NCBI GenBank assembly: GCA_963555985.3
Contig: OY820591.1
Coordinates: 2,912,001-2,976,000 of the forward strand
Length of the DNA: 64,000 bases
Origin: Dehalococcoidia bacterium
Lineage (GTDB): Bacteria > Chloroflexota > Dehalococcoidia > Bin125
Reading direction: 5' to 3'
Shown here: piece by piece, positions 30,964 to 43,489 of the stretch
Numbering within the stretch: the stretch's first letter is position 1
Layout of the letters: every line of letters starts with the position of its first letter
The notes under the pieces: generated by a model
Seen by the model: only the letters and a program-made list of their open reading frames with translations
Told to the model about the DNA's origin: nothing
Database searches by the model: none
Translations under genes and position numbers: made by a program

Positions 30964-31434
30964 GTGCCTCGCCGACGCCGCCCCGACCGCCATGTGATCC
31001 GGCCGGACGCCCGCTACGGGTCGACGTCCGTGCAGATGGTGATCAACCGCCTGATGCAGAACGGCAAGAAGGGCGTCGCGGAGAAGATCATGTACGGCGC
31101 GATGGACGTGATCGAAGAGCGAGTCCGCCAGGATCCGCTTGATGTGTTCAACGTGGCGCTGGAGAACATCACGCCTGAGATGGAAGTGCGCCCGCGCCGC
31201 GTGGGTGGCGCGACCTATCAGGTGCCCGTGGAGATTCGGCACGATCGGCGGGTGTCGCTTGGCATTCGCTGGCTCGTTCGTTCCACCCAGGCTCGGAGCG
31301 GACGACCGGCCTACCTGTCTTTGGCCGATGAGCTGCTGGACGCCTACAACAACACCGGAGCCGCCGTGCGGCGCAAAGAAGAAACGCACCGCATGGCCGA
31401 GGCCAACCGCGCGTTTGCACACTATCGCTGGTAG
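30964..31434 (+). CDS. rpsG: 30S ribosomal protein S7
   Basis: [26 protein letters not shown]. Confidence 0.99.
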   Translation: MPRRRRPDRHVIRPDARYGSTSVQMVINRLMQNGKKGVAEKIMYGAMDVIEERVRQDPLDVFNVALENITPEMEVRPRRVGGATYQVPVEIRHDRRVSLGIRWLVRSTQARSGRPAYLSLADELLDAYNNTGAAVRRKEETHRMAEANRAFAHYRW

Positions 31435-31534
31435 GCCGCCGCCCGAAAACGACGCACGATCCCCACACCGACGCCCGCGCACCGCTCACTGCGCTGTCGC
31501 GCGCTGCGTAGCGAGTCGCACACAGGAATCCCTT

Positions 31535-33580
31535 ATGCCCGCCGACCCGCCCATCTCGTCACTTCGCAATATCGGCGTGATCGCGCATATCGACGCGGGC
31601 AAGACGACCGTGACCGAGCGCATCCTCTATTTCACCGGTCGCACCTACAAGATCGGCGAGGTGCATGACGGCACCGCGGTGATGGACTTCATGGATCAGG
31701 AGCGCGAGCGCGGGATCACGATCATGGCCGCCGCCACCTCCTGCGACTGGAACGAGCACCGGATCAACATCATCGACACGCCCGGCCACGTTGATTTCAC
31801 AGTTGAGGTGGAGCGCTCGCTGCGCGTGCTGGACGGGGGCGTGGTCGTCTTTGATGCGGTGGCTGGAGTTGAGCCGCAGTCGGAGACGGTCTGGCGTCAG
31901 GCCGATCGCTATGAGGTGCCGCGGATCTGCTTCGTCAACAAGATGGATCGGATCGGGGCAGACTACTGGCGGACGATGGAGATGATTCGGGATCGACTCG
32001 ACTCGATGCCGGTGCCGGTGCAGATCCCGATCGGGGCGGAAGACCGTTTCGTGGGCGTGATCGACCTGATCCGGCTGCGCGCCTGGTTCTTCAGCAAGGA
32101 TCGCGACGCGCCGCCGGTGGAGGGCGAGATTCCGGAGCAGTACCGGACCGACGCCGAGCTCTGGCGCGAGACGATGATCGAGCGGATCGCCGAGCACGAC
32201 GAGCAGGTGATGATCTCCTACATCGAGGGTCACGAACTCTCTGAGGACGAGATTCGCAAGGCGGTCCGGCGGGGGACGATCACGAATCAGTTCACGCCGG
32301 TGCTCTGTGGCAGTGCGCTCAAGAACGTCGGCGTCCAGCGTCTGCTCGACGCGATCGTCGACTACCTGCCGGCACCGGATGAGGTGCCGCCGGTTCGGGG
32401 CGTTGGCCACAACGGCGCTGAGACTCGCCAAGCCGACCCGAAGGAACCGTTGACCGCGCTCGCCTTCAAGATCGTGACCGACCCCTATGTCGGCCGGATC
32501 GCCTATGTGCGCATCTACGCGGGCACGCTCGAAGCCGGGGACAGCGTCTACAACGCCTCGCGCCGGGAGAATGAGCGGGTGGGACGCCTGCTCCGCGTGC
32601 ACGCCGACTCGCGCGAAGATATTGATCGCGTCACTGCCGGCGATATCGCCGCCTTCGTTGGTCCCAAGCAGACCTTCACCGGCGACACGCTCTGCGATCG
32701 CCGGCGTCCGCTCTTGTTGGACGAAATCAACTTCCCCGAGCCGGTGGTCTCGATCGCGATCGAGGCGAAGAGCACCGACGATCAGGATCGTCTGGGCGTC
32801 TCGCTGCGCAAACTCGCCGAGGAAGACCCGACCTTCAAAGTCGAATACAACGACGAGACCGCCCAGACGGTGATCTCAGGCATGGGGGAGTTGCATCTTG
32901 AGGTAATCGCCGATCGTCTGCGGCGCGAGTTCAAGGTGATGTGCAATGTGGGCCGGCCGCAGGTGTCCTACCGCGAGACGATTCGCCGTTCGAGCCAGGC
33001 CGAGGGACGCTTCGTGCGCCAGACCGGCGGCCGTGGTCAGTACGGTCACGTCGTGCTGCGCGTAGAGCCGAACGTGCCGGGAACGGGCTTCGAGTTCAGC
33101 GACGAGACCGTCGGCGGTGTGGTGCCGCAGCAGTACGTCGGCTCGGTGCGCAAGGGTATTGAGGATGCGATGCGGTCGGGTGTGGTCGGCGGGTTCCCAG
33201 TGGTTGATGTCAAGGCTGCCCTGATCGACGGCAGCTATCACCAGGTCGACTCCAGCGAGATGGCGTTCGCCACCGCCGCCTCGATCGGCTTCCGCGAGGC
33301 GCTGCGTAAGGCGGCGCCGGTGCAGCTGGAGCCGATGATGCGAGTCGAGTTGACTACGCCGCACGACTTTTTCGGCGATGTGCTGGGCGATCTCTCCAGC
33401 CGTCGCGGGCAGATCACCGGTTCCGAGCAGCGGGGCGCGATTCATGTGATCTCGGCGCTGATGCCGCTGGCGCAGCTCTTCGGCTACACCACGGCGCTGC
33501 GTTCGATGACGCAGGGTCGGGCGACGGCCAGCATTGAATTCGACCACTACGCGGAGATGCCGCAGGGCGTCCTCGCCTAA
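31535..33580 (+). CDS. fusA: Elongation factor G
   Basis: [31 protein letters not shown]. Confidence 0.99.
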   Translation: MPADPPISSLRNIGVIAHIDAGKTTVTERILYFTGRTYKIGEVHDGTAVMDFMDQERERGITIMAAATSCDWNEHRINIIDTPGHVDFTVEVERSLRVLDGGVVVFDAVAGVEPQSETVWRQADRYEVPRICFVNKMDRIGADYWRTMEMIRDRLDSMPVPVQIPIGAEDRFVGVIDLIRLRAWFFSKDRDAPPVEGEIPEQYRTDAELWRETMIERIAEHDEQVMISYIEGHELSEDEIRKAVRRGTITNQFTPVLCGSALKNVGVQRLLDAIVDYLPAPDEVPPVRGVGHNGAETRQADPKEPLTALAFKIVTDPYVGRIAYVRIYAGTLEAGDSVYNASRRENERVGRLLRVHADSREDIDRVTAGDIAAFVGPKQTFTGDTLCDRRRPLLLDEINFPEPVVSIAIEAKSTDDQDRLGVSLRKLAEEDPTFKVEYNDETAQTVISGMGELHLEVIADRLRREFKVMCNVGRPQVSYRETIRRSSQAEGRFVRQTGGRGQYGHVVLRVEPNVPGTGFEFSDETVGGVVPQQYVGSVRKGIEDAMRSGVVGGFPVVDVKAALIDGSYHQVDSSEMAFATAASIGFREALRKAAPVQLEPMMRVELTTPHDFFGDVLGDLSSRRGQITGSEQRGAIHVISALMPLAQLFGYTTALRSMTQGRATASIEFDHYAEMPQGVLA

Positions 33581-33619
33581 GCAGCAGACAGCCAAGCTAG
33601 GAAAGACGGAGGGTTACTC

Positions 33620-34822
33620 ATGGCGCGGAAGGTCTACGAACGCACGAAGCCGCACGTGAACGTGGGCACGATCGGCCACGTCGATCACGGCAAGACCACC
33701 CTGACCGCGGCGATCACGAAGGTCTTGGCGATGTCCAACGAGAACGTGGACTTCTCTTCGTTCGACTCGATCGACAACGCGCCCGAAGAGCGCGCGCGCG
33801 GGATCACGATCGCGATCGCCCACGTCGAGTACGAGACCGAAGAGCGCCACTACGCCCACATCGACGCGCCCGGCCACGCCGACTACATCAAGAACATGAT
33901 TACCGGGGCGGCCCAGATGGACGGCGCGATCCTGGTCGTGGCCGCGCCGGACGGACCGATGCCGCAGACCCGCGAACACATCCTCTTGGCCCGCCAGGTG
34001 GGGGTGCCGCGGATGGTGGTCTACCTGAACAAGGTGGACATGATGGACGACGAGGAACTGCTCGAACTGGTCGAACTGGAAGTGCGCGAACTGCTCTCGG
34101 ACCAGGGTTTCGACGGGGACGACTGTCCGGTCATTCGCGGTTCCGCCCTGCACGCCTTGGAGTCGGACTCGGTGGACCCCTCCTCGGAGGAGTACGAGAG
34201 CATCCTGGAGTTGATGGGGGCGGTGGACGAGTACGTGCCCACCCCGGCGCGGCCGACCGAGCAGCCCTTCCTGATGCCGGTCGAGGACGTCTTCGGGATC
34301 AAGGGCCGGGGCACGGTGGCGACCGGGCGGATTGAGCGCGGGGTGGTGATTTCGGGGGAGGAGATCGAGATCGTGGGTCTGAAGGACACCCGCTCGACCG
34401 TGGTCACGGGGGTGGAGATGTTCAAGAAGACCTTGCCCACGGGCGAAGCGGGGGACAACGTGGGTTGTCTGCTGCGCGGGATCGACCGCGAGGAGATCGC
34501 GCGCGGGCAGGTCTTGGCCGCGCCCGGGAGCATTACCCCGCACACGGCCTTTGAGGCCGAGGTCTACATCCTCTCGAAGGACGAGGGCGGGCGGCACACG
34601 CCCTTCTTCCACGGCTACCGGCCCCAGTTCTACATCCGCACCACGGACGTGACCGGGGAGATCGGCCTGCCCGAGGGGATCGAGATGGCGATGCCCGGCG
34701 ACAACGTGCAGATGCAGGTGCGGCTGATTGCGCCGATTGCGATGGAGGAAGGCTTGCGCTTTGCGATCCGCGAGGGCGGGCGCACGGTCGGGGCCGGCGC
34801 CGTCACCCGCATCCTGGAATAG
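33620..34822 (+). CDS. tuf: Elongation factor Tu
   Basis: [27 protein letters not shown]. Confidence 0.99.
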   Translation: MARKVYERTKPHVNVGTIGHVDHGKTTLTAAITKVLAMSNENVDFSSFDSIDNAPEERARGITIAIAHVEYETEERHYAHIDAPGHADYIKNMITGAAQMDGAILVVAAPDGPMPQTREHILLARQVGVPRMVVYLNKVDMMDDEELLELVELEVRELLSDQGFDGDDCPVIRGSALHALESDSVDPSSEEYESILELMGAVDEYVPTPARPTEQPFLMPVEDVFGIKGRGTVATGRIERGVVISGEEIEIVGLKDTRSTVVTGVEMFKKTLPTGEAGDNVGCLLRGIDREEIARGQVLAAPGSITPHTAFEAEVYILSKDEGGRHTPFFHGYRPQFYIRTTDVTGEIGLPEGIEMAMPGDNVQMQVRLIAPIAMEEGLRFAIREGGRTVGAGAVTRILE

Positions 34823-34858
34823 GCGCGCGAATCCTCAGAGCGGCAGAGAGACGACGCT

Positions 34859-35179
34859 ATGACAACGCAGAAGCTGTTTCAGCGGGTTCGGATCCGCCTC
34901 AAGGCGTACGATCACCGCTTAGTCGACGAGAGCACTCGGCAAATTCTCGACACAGCTGAACGCACTGGGGCTGGCGTAGTGGGACCGATCCCGCTGCCGA
35001 CCGAGATTCGCAAGTACACCGTCATTCGCTCGCCTTTCGTCCATAAGGATGGGCGCGAGCAGTTTGAGATTCGCACTCACAAGCGGCTCATCGACATCAT
35101 TGAGCCGACCGGGCGCACATTGGAGGCTCTTCAGCGCTTGCAGCTCTCCAGTGGAGTCGATGTGGAGATCAAGTTGTAG
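34859..35179 (+). CDS. rpsJ: 30S ribosomal protein S10
   Basis: [25 protein letters not shown]. Confidence 0.99.
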   Translation: MTTQKLFQRVRIRLKAYDHRLVDESTRQILDTAERTGAGVVGPIPLPTEIRKYTVIRSPFVHKDGREQFEIRTHKRLIDIIEPTGRTLEALQRLQLSSGVDVEIKL

Positions 35180-35181
35180 TC

Positions 35182-35835
35182 ATGCCAATACCCGGACTCT
35201 TGGGCAAGAAGTTGGGCATGGTGCAAGTGATCGGCGCCGACGGCGCGGTCGTGGGTTGCACCGTGCTTGAGGTGGGTCCCTGCCCGGTGACGCAGATCAT
35301 GACTCCCACCCGCGATGGTTTCAGCGGCGTGCAGGTCGGCTTCGGCGCGGTACCCGAATGGCGCGTGAATAAGGCCGAGCGCGGGCACACCGGCTCGAAC
35401 GGGGCGCTGCGCCATCTCAGCGTCTTCCGCGTGGAGGAATCGGAGCTCGGCGAGCTCGAGGTGGGCGCGGTCGTCAATGCCGGCGAAGTCTTCAGCACCG
35501 GCGACCGCGTTGATATCCAAGGCATCTCCAAAGGCAAGGGCTTTGCCGGGGTGGTCAAGCGTCACGGTTTTCGGGGCGGGCCGCGCACGCACGGTCAGAG
35601 CGACCGTCACCGCGCTCCCGGTTCGGTCGGTGCAGGCACAACTCCTGGGCGGGTGCTCAAGGGCACGCGCATGGCCGGACGCATGGGCGGCAAAGCGACG
35701 ACTTCGATGAATCTCGAAGTGGTCGAAGTGAACACCGACCGGCATCTGGTCTACGTCAAAGGCTCGGTGCCGGGCGCGAGCGACGGTCTGGTGCGGATTC
35801 GCCAGACGAAGCGGCGAGGCGGGAAGAAACGATGA
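35182..35835 (+). CDS. rplC: 50S ribosomal protein L3
   Basis: GKKLGM, SKGKGFAG, HRAPGS. Confidence 0.98.
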   Translation: MPIPGLLGKKLGMVQVIGADGAVVGCTVLEVGPCPVTQIMTPTRDGFSGVQVGFGAVPEWRVNKAERGHTGSNGALRHLSVFRVEESELGELEVGAVVNAGEVFSTGDRVDIQGISKGKGFAGVVKRHGFRGGPRTHGQSDRHRAPGSVGAGTTPGRVLKGTRMAGRMGGKATTSMNLEVVEVNTDRHLVYVKGSVPGASDGLVRIRQTKRRGGKKR

Positions 35836-36494
35836 AACTACCCGTGATCGACGCACAGGGCCAGCCAGCCGGCGAGATCGAGGCCGACGACTCGGTCTTC
35901 GGGATCGAACCGAACCTCAATGTCGTCTTTCAGGCTGTGACAGCGCAGCAGGCCAACGCCCGTCAGGGCACGCACAACACGCTCAATCGCTCCGATTTGC
36001 GCCAGGCCAATACCAAGACGCGGCGCCAGAAGGGCAGCGGCAACGCGCGTCTCGGCGGTCCCTCGTCGCCCACCCGGATCGGCGGTGCGGTCGCGCATGG
36101 GCCGCATCCGCGTTCCTACCGGCAGCGGTTGCCGAAGAAGATGCGACGGCTGGCGATTCGCTCGCTGCTCTCGCAGCGCGCATCCGAGGGCGGCGTGCTC
36201 GTGACTGCTTCCGATGTCGCCTGGGAGGACAAGACCGCTGCGATGGCGAAGCTCTGCGACGCGCTCGGAGTTGAGCGCAAGGCGCTGCTCATCTCCGACG
36301 GCGTGGATGCGGCGCTGGTGCGCGGTACGCGCAATTTGCCCAATGTCCAGGCGATGCCCGCGCAGACTTTGAGCAGCTACCTGATCATCACGCATGATCA
36401 ACTGATCATGACCGAGGCCGCCGTTCGCCGCTGCGAAGCGCTCTGGGCGCTGCCGGCGGCCGACGGCGACAACGGTTCAGGGGCGGAGGACTGA
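35832..36494 (+). CDS. rplD: 50S ribosomal protein L4
   Basis: RQGTH, RQKGSGNAR, LPKKMRRLA. Confidence 0.98.
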   Translation: MKLPVIDAQGQPAGEIEADDSVFGIEPNLNVVFQAVTAQQANARQGTHNTLNRSDLRQANTKTRRQKGSGNARLGGPSSPTRIGGAVAHGPHPRSYRQRLPKKMRRLAIRSLLSQRASEGGVLVTASDVAWEDKTAAMAKLCDALGVERKALLISDGVDAALVRGTRNLPNVQAMPAQTLSSYLIITHDQLIMTEAAVRRCEALWALPAADGDNGSGAED

Positions 36495-36495
36495 G

Positions 36496-36795
36496 ATGCC
36501 CAAGGAAATCCACCCCTACGCCGTTCTGCGCGAGCCGATCATCACCGAGAAGAGCACCGAGCTTGCCGAAGAAGGCAAGTACGTGTTCGAGGTCGATCCA
36601 CGCGCGAACAAGCTGCAAATCCGCGAGGCGGTCGAGATCGCCTTCGGCGTGCGTGTGCGCAAGGTCAATGTGATCTCGGTGCGCGGCGCGACGCGGCGGA
36701 TCGGGCGCGGACGCCCGGGGCGTGAGCGCGACTGGAAGAAGGCGATCGTGACTCTGCACGAGGGTTACGAAATTCGCCTGTTCGAGGGGGTCTGA
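36496..36795 (+). CDS. rplW: 50S ribosomal protein L23
   Basis: [15 protein letters not shown]. Confidence 0.98.
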   Translation: MPKEIHPYAVLREPIITEKSTELAEEGKYVFEVDPRANKLQIREAVEIAFGVRVRKVNVISVRGATRRIGRGRPGRERDWKKAIVTLHEGYEIRLFEGV

Positions 36796-36796
36796 G

Positions 36797-37633
36797 ATGC
36801 CATTGAAGAAGTTCAAGCCCACCTCGCCCGGACGCCGCAACGCCTCCGGTCACACGTTTGAGGAAATCACCAAGAAGAAGCCCGAGAAGAGCCTGCTCGC
36901 GCCGCTGAAGAAGAAGGCGGGCCGCAACGCCAAGGGCCGGATCACGGTGCGACATCGGGGCGGCGGGCACAAGCGCCGCTATCGGATCATCGACTGGAAA
37001 CGCCGCGACCGGATCGGAATCGAAGGCCGCGTCGCGGCGATTGAGTACGACCCCAACCGCACCGCGCGGATCGCGCTGATTTTCTACAGCGACGGCGAGA
37101 AGCGCTACATCCTCGCGCCGGCCGGACTCCAGGTCGACGCGCTGGTGATGTCGGGGCCGGATGCGCCGATTCGGGTGGGCAATGCGCTGCCGATGTCGGC
37201 GATTCCCAACGGTACGCAGGTGCACAACGTCGAACTGACCGAGGGCCGGGGGGCGCAGATGGTGCGTTCGGCTGGAGCCTCGGCTCAGATCATGGCGAAA
37301 GAGGGCAACTACGCGCTGCTGCGCCTGCCCTCGGGCGAGATGCGGCGCGTGCGCTCGGCCTGCTACGCGACGATTGGTCAGGTCGGCAATGTCGAGCACT
37401 CCAACATCAAGCTGGGCAAGGCGGGCCGCAATCGCCATCGCAGGCGGCGCCCGCAGGTGCGCGGCTCGGTCATGAACCCGGTCGATCACCCGCACGGCGG
37501 GGGTGAGGGCAAGGCTCCGATTGGGATGCCCGGCCCGAAGTCGCCCTGGGGCTGGTACACGCTGGGCCGACGCACCCGAGGCAAGAAGAACTCCGACAAG
37601 TACATCGTCCGCCGGCGCGGACGCCGGCGCTAG
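36797..37633 (+). CDS. rplB: 50S ribosomal protein L2
   Basis: [19 protein letters not shown]. Confidence 0.99.
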   Translation: MPLKKFKPTSPGRRNASGHTFEEITKKKPEKSLLAPLKKKAGRNAKGRITVRHRGGGHKRRYRIIDWKRRDRIGIEGRVAAIEYDPNRTARIALIFYSDGEKRYILAPAGLQVDALVMSGPDAPIRVGNALPMSAIPNGTQVHNVELTEGRGAQMVRSAGASAQIMAKEGNYALLRLPSGEMRRVRSACYATIGQVGNVEHSNIKLGKAGRNRHRRRRPQVRGSVMNPVDHPHGGGEGKAPIGMPGPKSPWGWYTLGRRTRGKKNSDKYIVRRRGRRR

Positions 37634-37681
37634 GCGGTTCCGCCAGGCCGCGCGGCACGATAGAGGGAGGGCGCGCGAAAC

Positions 37682-37966
37682 ATGTCGCGATCGACGAAGA
37701 AAGGTCCCTACGTGGATCACAAGCTGCTGCGTAAGGTGCAGCGCGTGCGCGCCGCCGGTACGCGAACGGCGATCACGACCTGGGCTCGGGCCAGCACGAT
37801 CGTGCCCGAGATGGTCGGCCTGACCATCGCCGTGCACGACGGCCGCCGCCACGTGCCCGTCTTCATCACCGAGAACATGGTCGGCCACAAGCTCGGAGAG
37901 TTCGCGCCTACGCGAACCTTCCGCGGGCATGTCGGCCGCTCCGATCGTGGGACACGGGTGCGCTGA
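37682..37966 (+). CDS. rpsS: 30S ribosomal protein S19
   Basis: [13 protein letters not shown]. Confidence 0.99.
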   Translation: MSRSTKKGPYVDHKLLRKVQRVRAAGTRTAITTWARASTIVPEMVGLTIAVHDGRRHVPVFITENMVGHKLGEFAPTRTFRGHVGRSDRGTRVR

Positions 37967-37967
37967 G

Positions 37968-38306
37968 ATGCAAGTACAAGCAACGGCCAAGTACGTCCGC
38001 ACCTCGCCGCGCAAGGTGCGACTGGTGATGCAGGGTCTGCGCGGACTGCCGGTAGAAGAGGCGCGCCTGCAACTGCGCTTCACGCCCAAGCCGATCGCGC
38101 GCGAAGTGGCTAAGGTGCTCGATTCCGCTGTGGCCAACGCCGAGAACAACTACGCGCTCGACCCGAGCGAGCTGAAAGTGCATGCGGTCTACGCCGGCGA
38201 CGGCCGCACGCTGCGCCGCTTCCGCGCGAAGGCGCGCGGTCGCGTGGGGCGCATTCTCAAGCGCACCGCCCACATCACCGTCGTCGTCTCAGACGGGCAG
38301 GAATAG
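37968..38306 (+). CDS. rplV: 50S ribosomal protein L22
   Basis: [25 protein letters not shown]. Confidence 0.98.
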   Translation: MQVQATAKYVRTSPRKVRLVMQGLRGLPVEEARLQLRFTPKPIAREVAKVLDSAVANAENNYALDPSELKVHAVYAGDGRTLRRFRAKARGRVGRILKRTAHITVVVSDGQE

Positions 38307-38308
38307 CG

Positions 38309-39091
38309 ATGGGCCAGAAAGTTCACCCGACCAGCTTCCGGATCGGCACGATCTACGACTGGCGCAGCCAGTGGTACTCGGACAAGGGCTACGCCGATCT
38401 GCTCGCCGAGGACCGCAAGATTCGCGATTTCATCAATGACGGGATGAGCGAAGCCTCGATCTCGCGGATCGAGATCGAGCGCAACGCCAACCAGATCAGC
38501 GTCCAACTGCACACCGCCAAGCCGGGTATCGTGATTGGCCGCAACGGGCAGAACGTCGACAAACTCCGCAATGACCTTGAGGCATTGATCGCCAAGCCGA
38601 TTCGGCTGCGGGTGGAGGTCACCGAGATCCGTGTGCCCGAACTCGACGCGCAGTTGGTCGCGCGCAACGTGGCGGAGCAGCTGGAGCGCCGGATCGCCTT
38701 CCGGCGCGCGATCAAGCAGGCTGTCCAGCGCACGATGCAGCGCGGTGCCGAGGGCGCCAAGATCATCATCTCCGGTCGTCTCGGCGGGGCCGAGATGTCG
38801 CGCCGGGCGCAGGAGATGGCCGGGCGAGTGCCGCTGCACACGCTGCGCGCCGACATCGATTACGGCTTCGCCGAAGCGATGACGGTGTTCGGACAGATCG
38901 GCGTCAAAGTCTGGATCTACAAGGGTGAAATACTGCCCTCGGCCGGCGACGATGACACGAGCGGCGGACCCGCTCAGGCGATCGCGCCGCCGCCGCGCGG
39001 CGGCGGACGCGGCGACCGTCCCGAGGGCGGTGGACGCCGCGGTCGGCGTGGTCGCGGCGGCGGCGGACGCAATTCCGAAGGAGGGCGCTGA
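38309..39091 (+). CDS. rpsC: 30S ribosomal protein S3
   Basis: [26 protein letters not shown]; Arg/Gly tail. Confidence 0.99.
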   Translation: MGQKVHPTSFRIGTIYDWRSQWYSDKGYADLLAEDRKIRDFINDGMSEASISRIEIERNANQISVQLHTAKPGIVIGRNGQNVDKLRNDLEALIAKPIRLRVEVTEIRVPELDAQLVARNVAEQLERRIAFRRAIKQAVQRTMQRGAEGAKIIISGRLGGAEMSRRAQEMAGRVPLHTLRADIDYGFAEAMTVFGQIGVKVWIYKGEILPSAGDDDTSGGPAQAIAPPPRGGGRGDRPEGGGRRGRRGRGGGGRNSEGGR

Positions 39092-39510
39092 TGCTGCAAC
39101 CACGACGAGTCAAGTGGCGCAAGCATCACCGCGGGCGCAGGCGCGGGATGGCGCATTCCGGCAGCAGCGTCGCCTTCGGCGAGATCGGTCTGCAATCGCT
39201 TGACGCCGCCTGGATCGACGGCCGCCAGATCGAAGCCGCCCGCCGCGCCATCACGCACTACGTGCGCCGTGGCGGGAAGGTCTGGATTCGCGTCTTCCCG
39301 GACAAGTCGGTGACACAGAAACCGGCGGAGACCCGCATGGGCAAGGGCAAGGGCGCGCCGGAGAAGTGGGTCGCGGTGGTCAAGCCGGGGCGCGTGCTCT
39401 TCGAGATCGCCGGTGTGCCCGAGGCCGACGCACGCGAGGCGTTGCGCCGCGCCAGTCACAAGCTGCCCGTGCGCACTCGCATCGTCGTGCGCGAGGCGGA
39501 GGTGGTCTGA
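39091..39510 (+). CDS. rplP: 50S ribosomal protein L16
   Basis: [14 protein letters not shown]. Confidence 0.99.
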   Translation: MLQPRRVKWRKHHRGRRRGMAHSGSSVAFGEIGLQSLDAAWIDGRQIEAARRAITHYVRRGGKVWIRVFPDKSVTQKPAETRMGKGKGAPEKWVAVVKPGRVLFEIAGVPEADAREALRRASHKLPVRTRIVVREAEVV

Positions 39511-39512
39511 CC

Positions 39513-39803
39513 ATGCCCAATCCACTCGCCGACGAAGCCCGCGCCATGACCGACGAGCAACTGGGCGAAGCGATCAACGAGGCCTACCGCGAGGTCTTCA
39601 ACCTCCAGTTCCAGCGCGGTACCCGCCAGTTGCAGAATCCGATGGCGATGCGCCAGGCGCGCCGCCAGGTCGCGCGGCTGCGCACGATTCTGCGGGAGCG
39701 ACAGCGCGGGCTCTCGTTCGCGCCCGAGCCGATCGCTGAGCCGGAACCCGAGCCCGCCGAGGTCGACTCAGCTGCCGACGGCGACGAGAGCGAGGACAGC
39801 TAA
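39513..39803 (+). CDS. rpmC: 50S ribosomal protein L29 with acidic tail
   Basis: FNLQFQ, RRQVARLRTILRE; operon position. Confidence 0.95.
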   Translation: MPNPLADEARAMTDEQLGEAINEAYREVFNLQFQRGTRQLQNPMAMRQARRQVARLRTILRERQRGLSFAPEPIAEPEPEPAEVDSAADGDESEDS

Positions 39804-39805
39804 CG

Positions 39806-40135
39806 ATGGCCCGCAAACGACGAGTCGGGGTCGCGGTTGCCGATGCGCGCCACAAGACAGTCTCCGTGCGCGTGGAGCGCACGGTCCAACACCCGCTCTA
39901 CAAAAAGGTGATGCGCCGGCGCAAGCGCTACTTGGCGCATGACGAAGGCAACGACTGCAAGATCGGCGACTCGGTGCTGATCGAAGAATGCCGCCCGATC
40001 TCCAAGCGCAAGACGTGGCGCGTGATCGAGGTGCTGGAGCGCCGCGAAGTCGCGGAAATCCAGCCCGGGGAGATCGCCGCGCCCTCGCTGAACGCCGAGG
40101 CGAACGATGCGGCCGAGGGTGAGGCGTCGGCGTGA
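39806..40135 (+). CDS. rpsQ: 30S ribosomal protein S17
   Basis: [19 protein letters not shown]. Confidence 0.98.
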   Translation: MARKRRVGVAVADARHKTVSVRVERTVQHPLYKKVMRRRKRYLAHDEGNDCKIGDSVLIEECRPISKRKTWRVIEVLERREVAEIQPGEIAAPSLNAEANDAAEGEASA

Positions 40136-40503
40136 TCCAGCAGGAATCGTCGCTGCGAGTGGCGGACAACTCCGGCGCCCGCACGATCAAGTGCATTCGC
40201 GTGCTGGGCGGCACCAAACGCCGCTACGCGGGCGTCGGCGACACAATCGTCGCTACGGTGAAACAGGCCGATCCCAACCGCGAGATCCGTTCCGGGCAGG
40301 TCGTGCGCGCGGTGATCGTGCGCGTCGCCAAGCAGTACCGCCGCGTGGACGGCTCCTACATCCGCTTCGACGACAACGCCGCCGTGATTCTCGCGGGCGA
40401 CGGCCAGAATCCGACCGGTACCCGCATCTTCGGCCCGGTCGCCCGCGAACTGCGCGAGAAGGACTTCATGCGGATCGTCTCGCTCGCTCCGGAGGTGGTC
40501 TGA
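40132..40503 (+). CDS. rplN: 50S ribosomal protein L14
   Basis: [22 protein letters not shown]. Confidence 0.99.
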   Translation: MIQQESSLRVADNSGARTIKCIRVLGGTKRRYAGVGDTIVATVKQADPNREIRSGQVVRAVIVRVAKQYRRVDGSYIRFDDNAAVILAGDGQNPTGTRIFGPVARELREKDFMRIVSLAPEVV

Positions 40504-40817
40504 TGCGTCGAATCCAACGCGATGATCTGGTTCAGGTGCGCAGCGGCAAAGATCGCGGCCGGCGCGGACAGGTGCGGCAGGTGCTGCCCAAGCAGGATCG
40601 CGTGATCGTGACTGGGCTCAACATGGTCAAGCGCCACCTGCGCGCGACCCAGATCGGCCAGCCGGCGGGCATCATCGAGCGCGAAGCGCCGCTGCACATG
40701 AGCAACGTTGCCGTGGTCTGCCCCGAATGCGACCAGGCTGCGCGGGTCGGCTTTCGGGTGCGCCCCGACGGGGTCAAGATCCGGGTCTGCAAGCGCTGCA
40801 ATGCGGATATCGATTAG
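40503..40817 (+). CDS. rplX: 50S ribosomal protein L24
   Basis: GKDRG, EAPLHMSNV, CPEC..CKRC. Confidence 0.98.
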   Translation: MRRIQRDDLVQVRSGKDRGRRGQVRQVLPKQDRVIVTGLNMVKRHLRATQIGQPAGIIEREAPLHMSNVAVVCPECDQAARVGFRVRPDGVKIRVCKRCNADID

Positions 40818-40829
40818 GAGAGGCGGACG

Positions 40830-41393
40830 ATGACGACCGCGACCGCTGTCCCGCGCCTGAAGCAGCGCTATCTCGAAGAAATCGCGCCGCGAATGCGGGA
40901 GGAGTTCAACTACGACAACGCGATGCAGGTACCGCGCATCGTCAAAGTCGTGGTCAACGCCGGGGTTGGAGAGGCGCTCTCGAATAACCGCGCGCTCGAC
41001 GCCGTTGCCGCCGATCTGACCACGATCACCGGTCAGAAACCCGTGATCACGAAAGCGACCAAGTCGATCGCCAACTTCAAGCTGCGCGAGGGTAACTCGG
41101 TCGGGATCATGTGCACGATTCGCGGCGCGCGGATGTGGGAGTTCCTCGATCGCACGATCAACGCGGCGCTGCCGCGGATCCGCGACTTCCAGGGCGTCTC
41201 GCGCACCGCCTTCGACGGTCGCGGGAACTACAGCCTCGGCATCCGCGAACAGATCGTGTTCCCGGAGATCGACTACGGCAATGTCGATCAGGTGCGGGGA
41301 CTGCAAGTGAACATCGTGACAACGGCGCGAACCGACGCCGAGGGCCGACGGCTCTTGGAGCTGCTCGGGATCCCGTTCGAGCGCACGCTCTAA
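40830..41393 (+). CDS. rplE: 50S ribosomal protein L5
   Basis: [21 protein letters not shown]. Confidence 0.99.
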   Translation: MTTATAVPRLKQRYLEEIAPRMREEFNYDNAMQVPRIVKVVVNAGVGEALSNNRALDAVAADLTTITGQKPVITKATKSIANFKLREGNSVGIMCTIRGARMWEFLDRTINAALPRIRDFQGVSRTAFDGRGNYSLGIREQIVFPEIDYGNVDQVRGLQVNIVTTARTDAEGRRLLELLGIPFERTL

Positions 41394-41437
41394 CGACGGC
41401 AGGGAGGACGAGACGAGATGACGCAGGGGGAGATCAG

Positions 41438-41842
41438 ATGCCAGTAACCGATCCGATCGCCGACATGCTCACGCGGATTCGCAACGCGATCCAGGCGGGG
41501 CATCCGCGCGTGGAAATTCCGGCCTCCAAGCTCAAGATCGCGATCGCCGAAGTCTTGGCCGAAGAGGGCTTTATCAAGTCGTTCCAGGTCCGCGACCGCA
41601 CCGGACGCGCGGGCTCGGACATTGATGTCGAGCTGCTCTACAACGAAGAGGGAACGCCGGTCGTGAGCGGACTCAAGCGCGTCTCGCGCCCCGGTCTGCG
41701 CGTCTACGTGCAGAAGCGCGAGATCCCCCGTCCCTACGGCGGGCTGGGCGTCGCCATTCTGACTACGCCGCGCGGGGTGATGACCGGCGCGCGCGCGCGC
41801 CGCGAAAACGTGGGGGGAGAAGTCCTGTGCTTCGTCTGGTAG
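41438..41842 (+). CDS. rpsH: 30S ribosomal protein S8
   Basis: [27 protein letters not shown]. Confidence 0.99.
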   Translation: MPVTDPIADMLTRIRNAIQAGHPRVEIPASKLKIAIAEVLAEEGFIKSFQVRDRTGRAGSDIDVELLYNEEGTPVVSGLKRVSRPGLRVYVQKREIPRPYGGLGVAILTTPRGVMTGARARRENVGGEVLCFVW

Positions 41843-41903
41843 TCGTCCTCGCCGTCGGCATCGTGATTGCGATGGTGATTGCGCAACGCAGAGGAGCCGC
41901 ACG

Positions 41904-42440
41904 ATGAGTCGTGTCGGTCGCAAGCCCATCCCCGTCCCCAACGGCGTCAATGTCGAGATCACGCCGGGCAATGTCCGCGTCAGCGGACCGCGCGGCGAGC
42001 TCAGCCAGCATGTCCACCGTGACCTACACATCGTCCGCGACGGCGACGAAGTGATCGTCACCCGGCCCTCCGACCGCCGCGAACACCGCGCCCAACACGG
42101 ACTCGTCCGCGCTCTCATCCAGAACATGGTCACGGGCGTTTCGGAAGGCTTCCAGAAGACGCTGGAGATTCAGGGCACCGGCTACCGCGCCGAGATGGAC
42201 GGCTCCACGCTCGTCCTGCGCGTGGGTTATTCGCATCTCGTACGCAAAGACCCGCCCACAGGCATCGACTTCGAGGTCCAAGGTCAGCTCGTCCACGTGC
42301 GCGGTAACGACAAGCAAGCCGTCGGCCAGCAGGCCGCCGAAATTCGCGCGGTGCGTCCGCCCGAGCCGTACAAGGGCAAGGGCATTCGCTATCAGGGCGA
42401 ATGGGTGCGGCGCAAGCAGGGCAAGGGCGCGATCGGATAA
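41904..42440 (+). CDS. rplF: 50S ribosomal protein L6
   Basis: MSRVGRKPI, RPPEPYKGKGIRY. Confidence 0.99.
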   Translation: MSRVGRKPIPVPNGVNVEITPGNVRVSGPRGELSQHVHRDLHIVRDGDEVIVTRPSDRREHRAQHGLVRALIQNMVTGVSEGFQKTLEIQGTGYRAEMDGSTLVLRVGYSHLVRKDPPTGIDFEVQGQLVHVRGNDKQAVGQQAAEIRAVRPPEPYKGKGIRYQGEWVRRKQGKGAIG

Positions 42441-42498
42441 TTCCGGCGGCGCGGGCGCTGCCCAGCCGTCTGTCGAACGAGGAGAGTGAGGAGAGGCG

Positions 42499-42882
42499 AT
42501 GACCATCCGCCGCAAGCGGCGCACCACCCGCGCCGCGCGCCAGCGACGCCACCTGCGCGTGCGCAAGCGCGTGCACGGTACCGCCCGTCGCCCGCGCCTC
42601 TGCGTCTTCCGCTCGGCCAAGCACATCTACGGCCAGATCATTGACGACGACACCGGCGTGACGCTCGCCGCCGCCTCCGACCTGGGCGCGAGCGGCGCAC
42701 AGCCAGGCGAAGAAGACGGCAGCGACAAGACAGCCCGCGCCGGCGCCGTGGGACGACAACTCGCCGAAGCGGCGCAGTCGGTCGGCATCACCGCCGTCGT
42801 CTTCGACCGCGGCGGCTACAAATATCACGGACGGGTGCGGGCGCTGGCCGAGGCCGCGCGCGCAGCCGGTCTGGCGTTCTGA
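42499..42882 (+). CDS. rplR: 50S ribosomal protein L18
   Basis: [21 protein letters not shown]. Confidence 0.99.
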   Translation: MTIRRKRRTTRAARQRRHLRVRKRVHGTARRPRLCVFRSAKHIYGQIIDDDTGVTLAAASDLGASGAQPGEEDGSDKTARAGAVGRQLAEAAQSVGITAVVFDRGGYKYHGRVRALAEAARAAGLAF

Positions 42883-42894
42883 GGAGGCCGAGCG

Positions 42895-43473
42895 ATGGTC
42901 ACACAACGCGAATCACGCGGACGCGGACGCCGCGACGGCCCGCAAGACGACATGATCGAAAAGGTCGTTTCAGTCTCGCGCGTGGCCAAGGTGGTCAAGG
43001 GCGGACGCCGTTTCTCCTTCACCGCCGTGGTCGTGGTCGGCGACGGCGCGGGACGAGTCGGCATCGGCATCGGCCGCGCCAATGAGGTCCCCGACGCGAT
43101 TCGCAAGGGCGCCACGATCGCCCGCCGCGAGATGATCGAGGTGCCGATCCGCAACGGCACGATCCCGCACCCGATCACAGCCCGCTTTTGCGCTTCGCAG
43201 GTGCTGCTCAAGCCGGCTGCGCCCGGTACCGGCGTGATCGCCGGCGGCGGCGTCCGCGCCGTGCTTGAGGCGGTCGGTCTGCGCAACGTGCTGACCAAGT
43301 CGCTCGGCTCGAACAACGTCGTCAACGTGGTTCAGGCCACGCGCCGGGCGCTGCTGGAGCTGCGCGATCCGGTCGAGGCCCGGCGCGAGCGGCTGCGCCT
43401 CGCCGGACGGCTGCCGGCCGAACCCGCGCCCGAGCCTGCGGCCGAACCCGTCGCCGCCGGCGCGACCGAGTAA
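42895..43473 (+). CDS. rpsE: 30S ribosomal protein S5
   Basis: [18 protein letters not shown]. Confidence 0.99.
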   Translation: MVTQRESRGRGRRDGPQDDMIEKVVSVSRVAKVVKGGRRFSFTAVVVVGDGAGRVGIGIGRANEVPDAIRKGATIARREMIEVPIRNGTIPHPITARFCASQVLLKPAAPGTGVIAGGGVRAVLEAVGLRNVLTKSLGSNNVVNVVQATRRALLELRDPVEARRERLRLAGRLPAEPAPEPAAEPVAAGATE

Positions 43474-43489
43474 CGAGTGAGGCAGCGCT

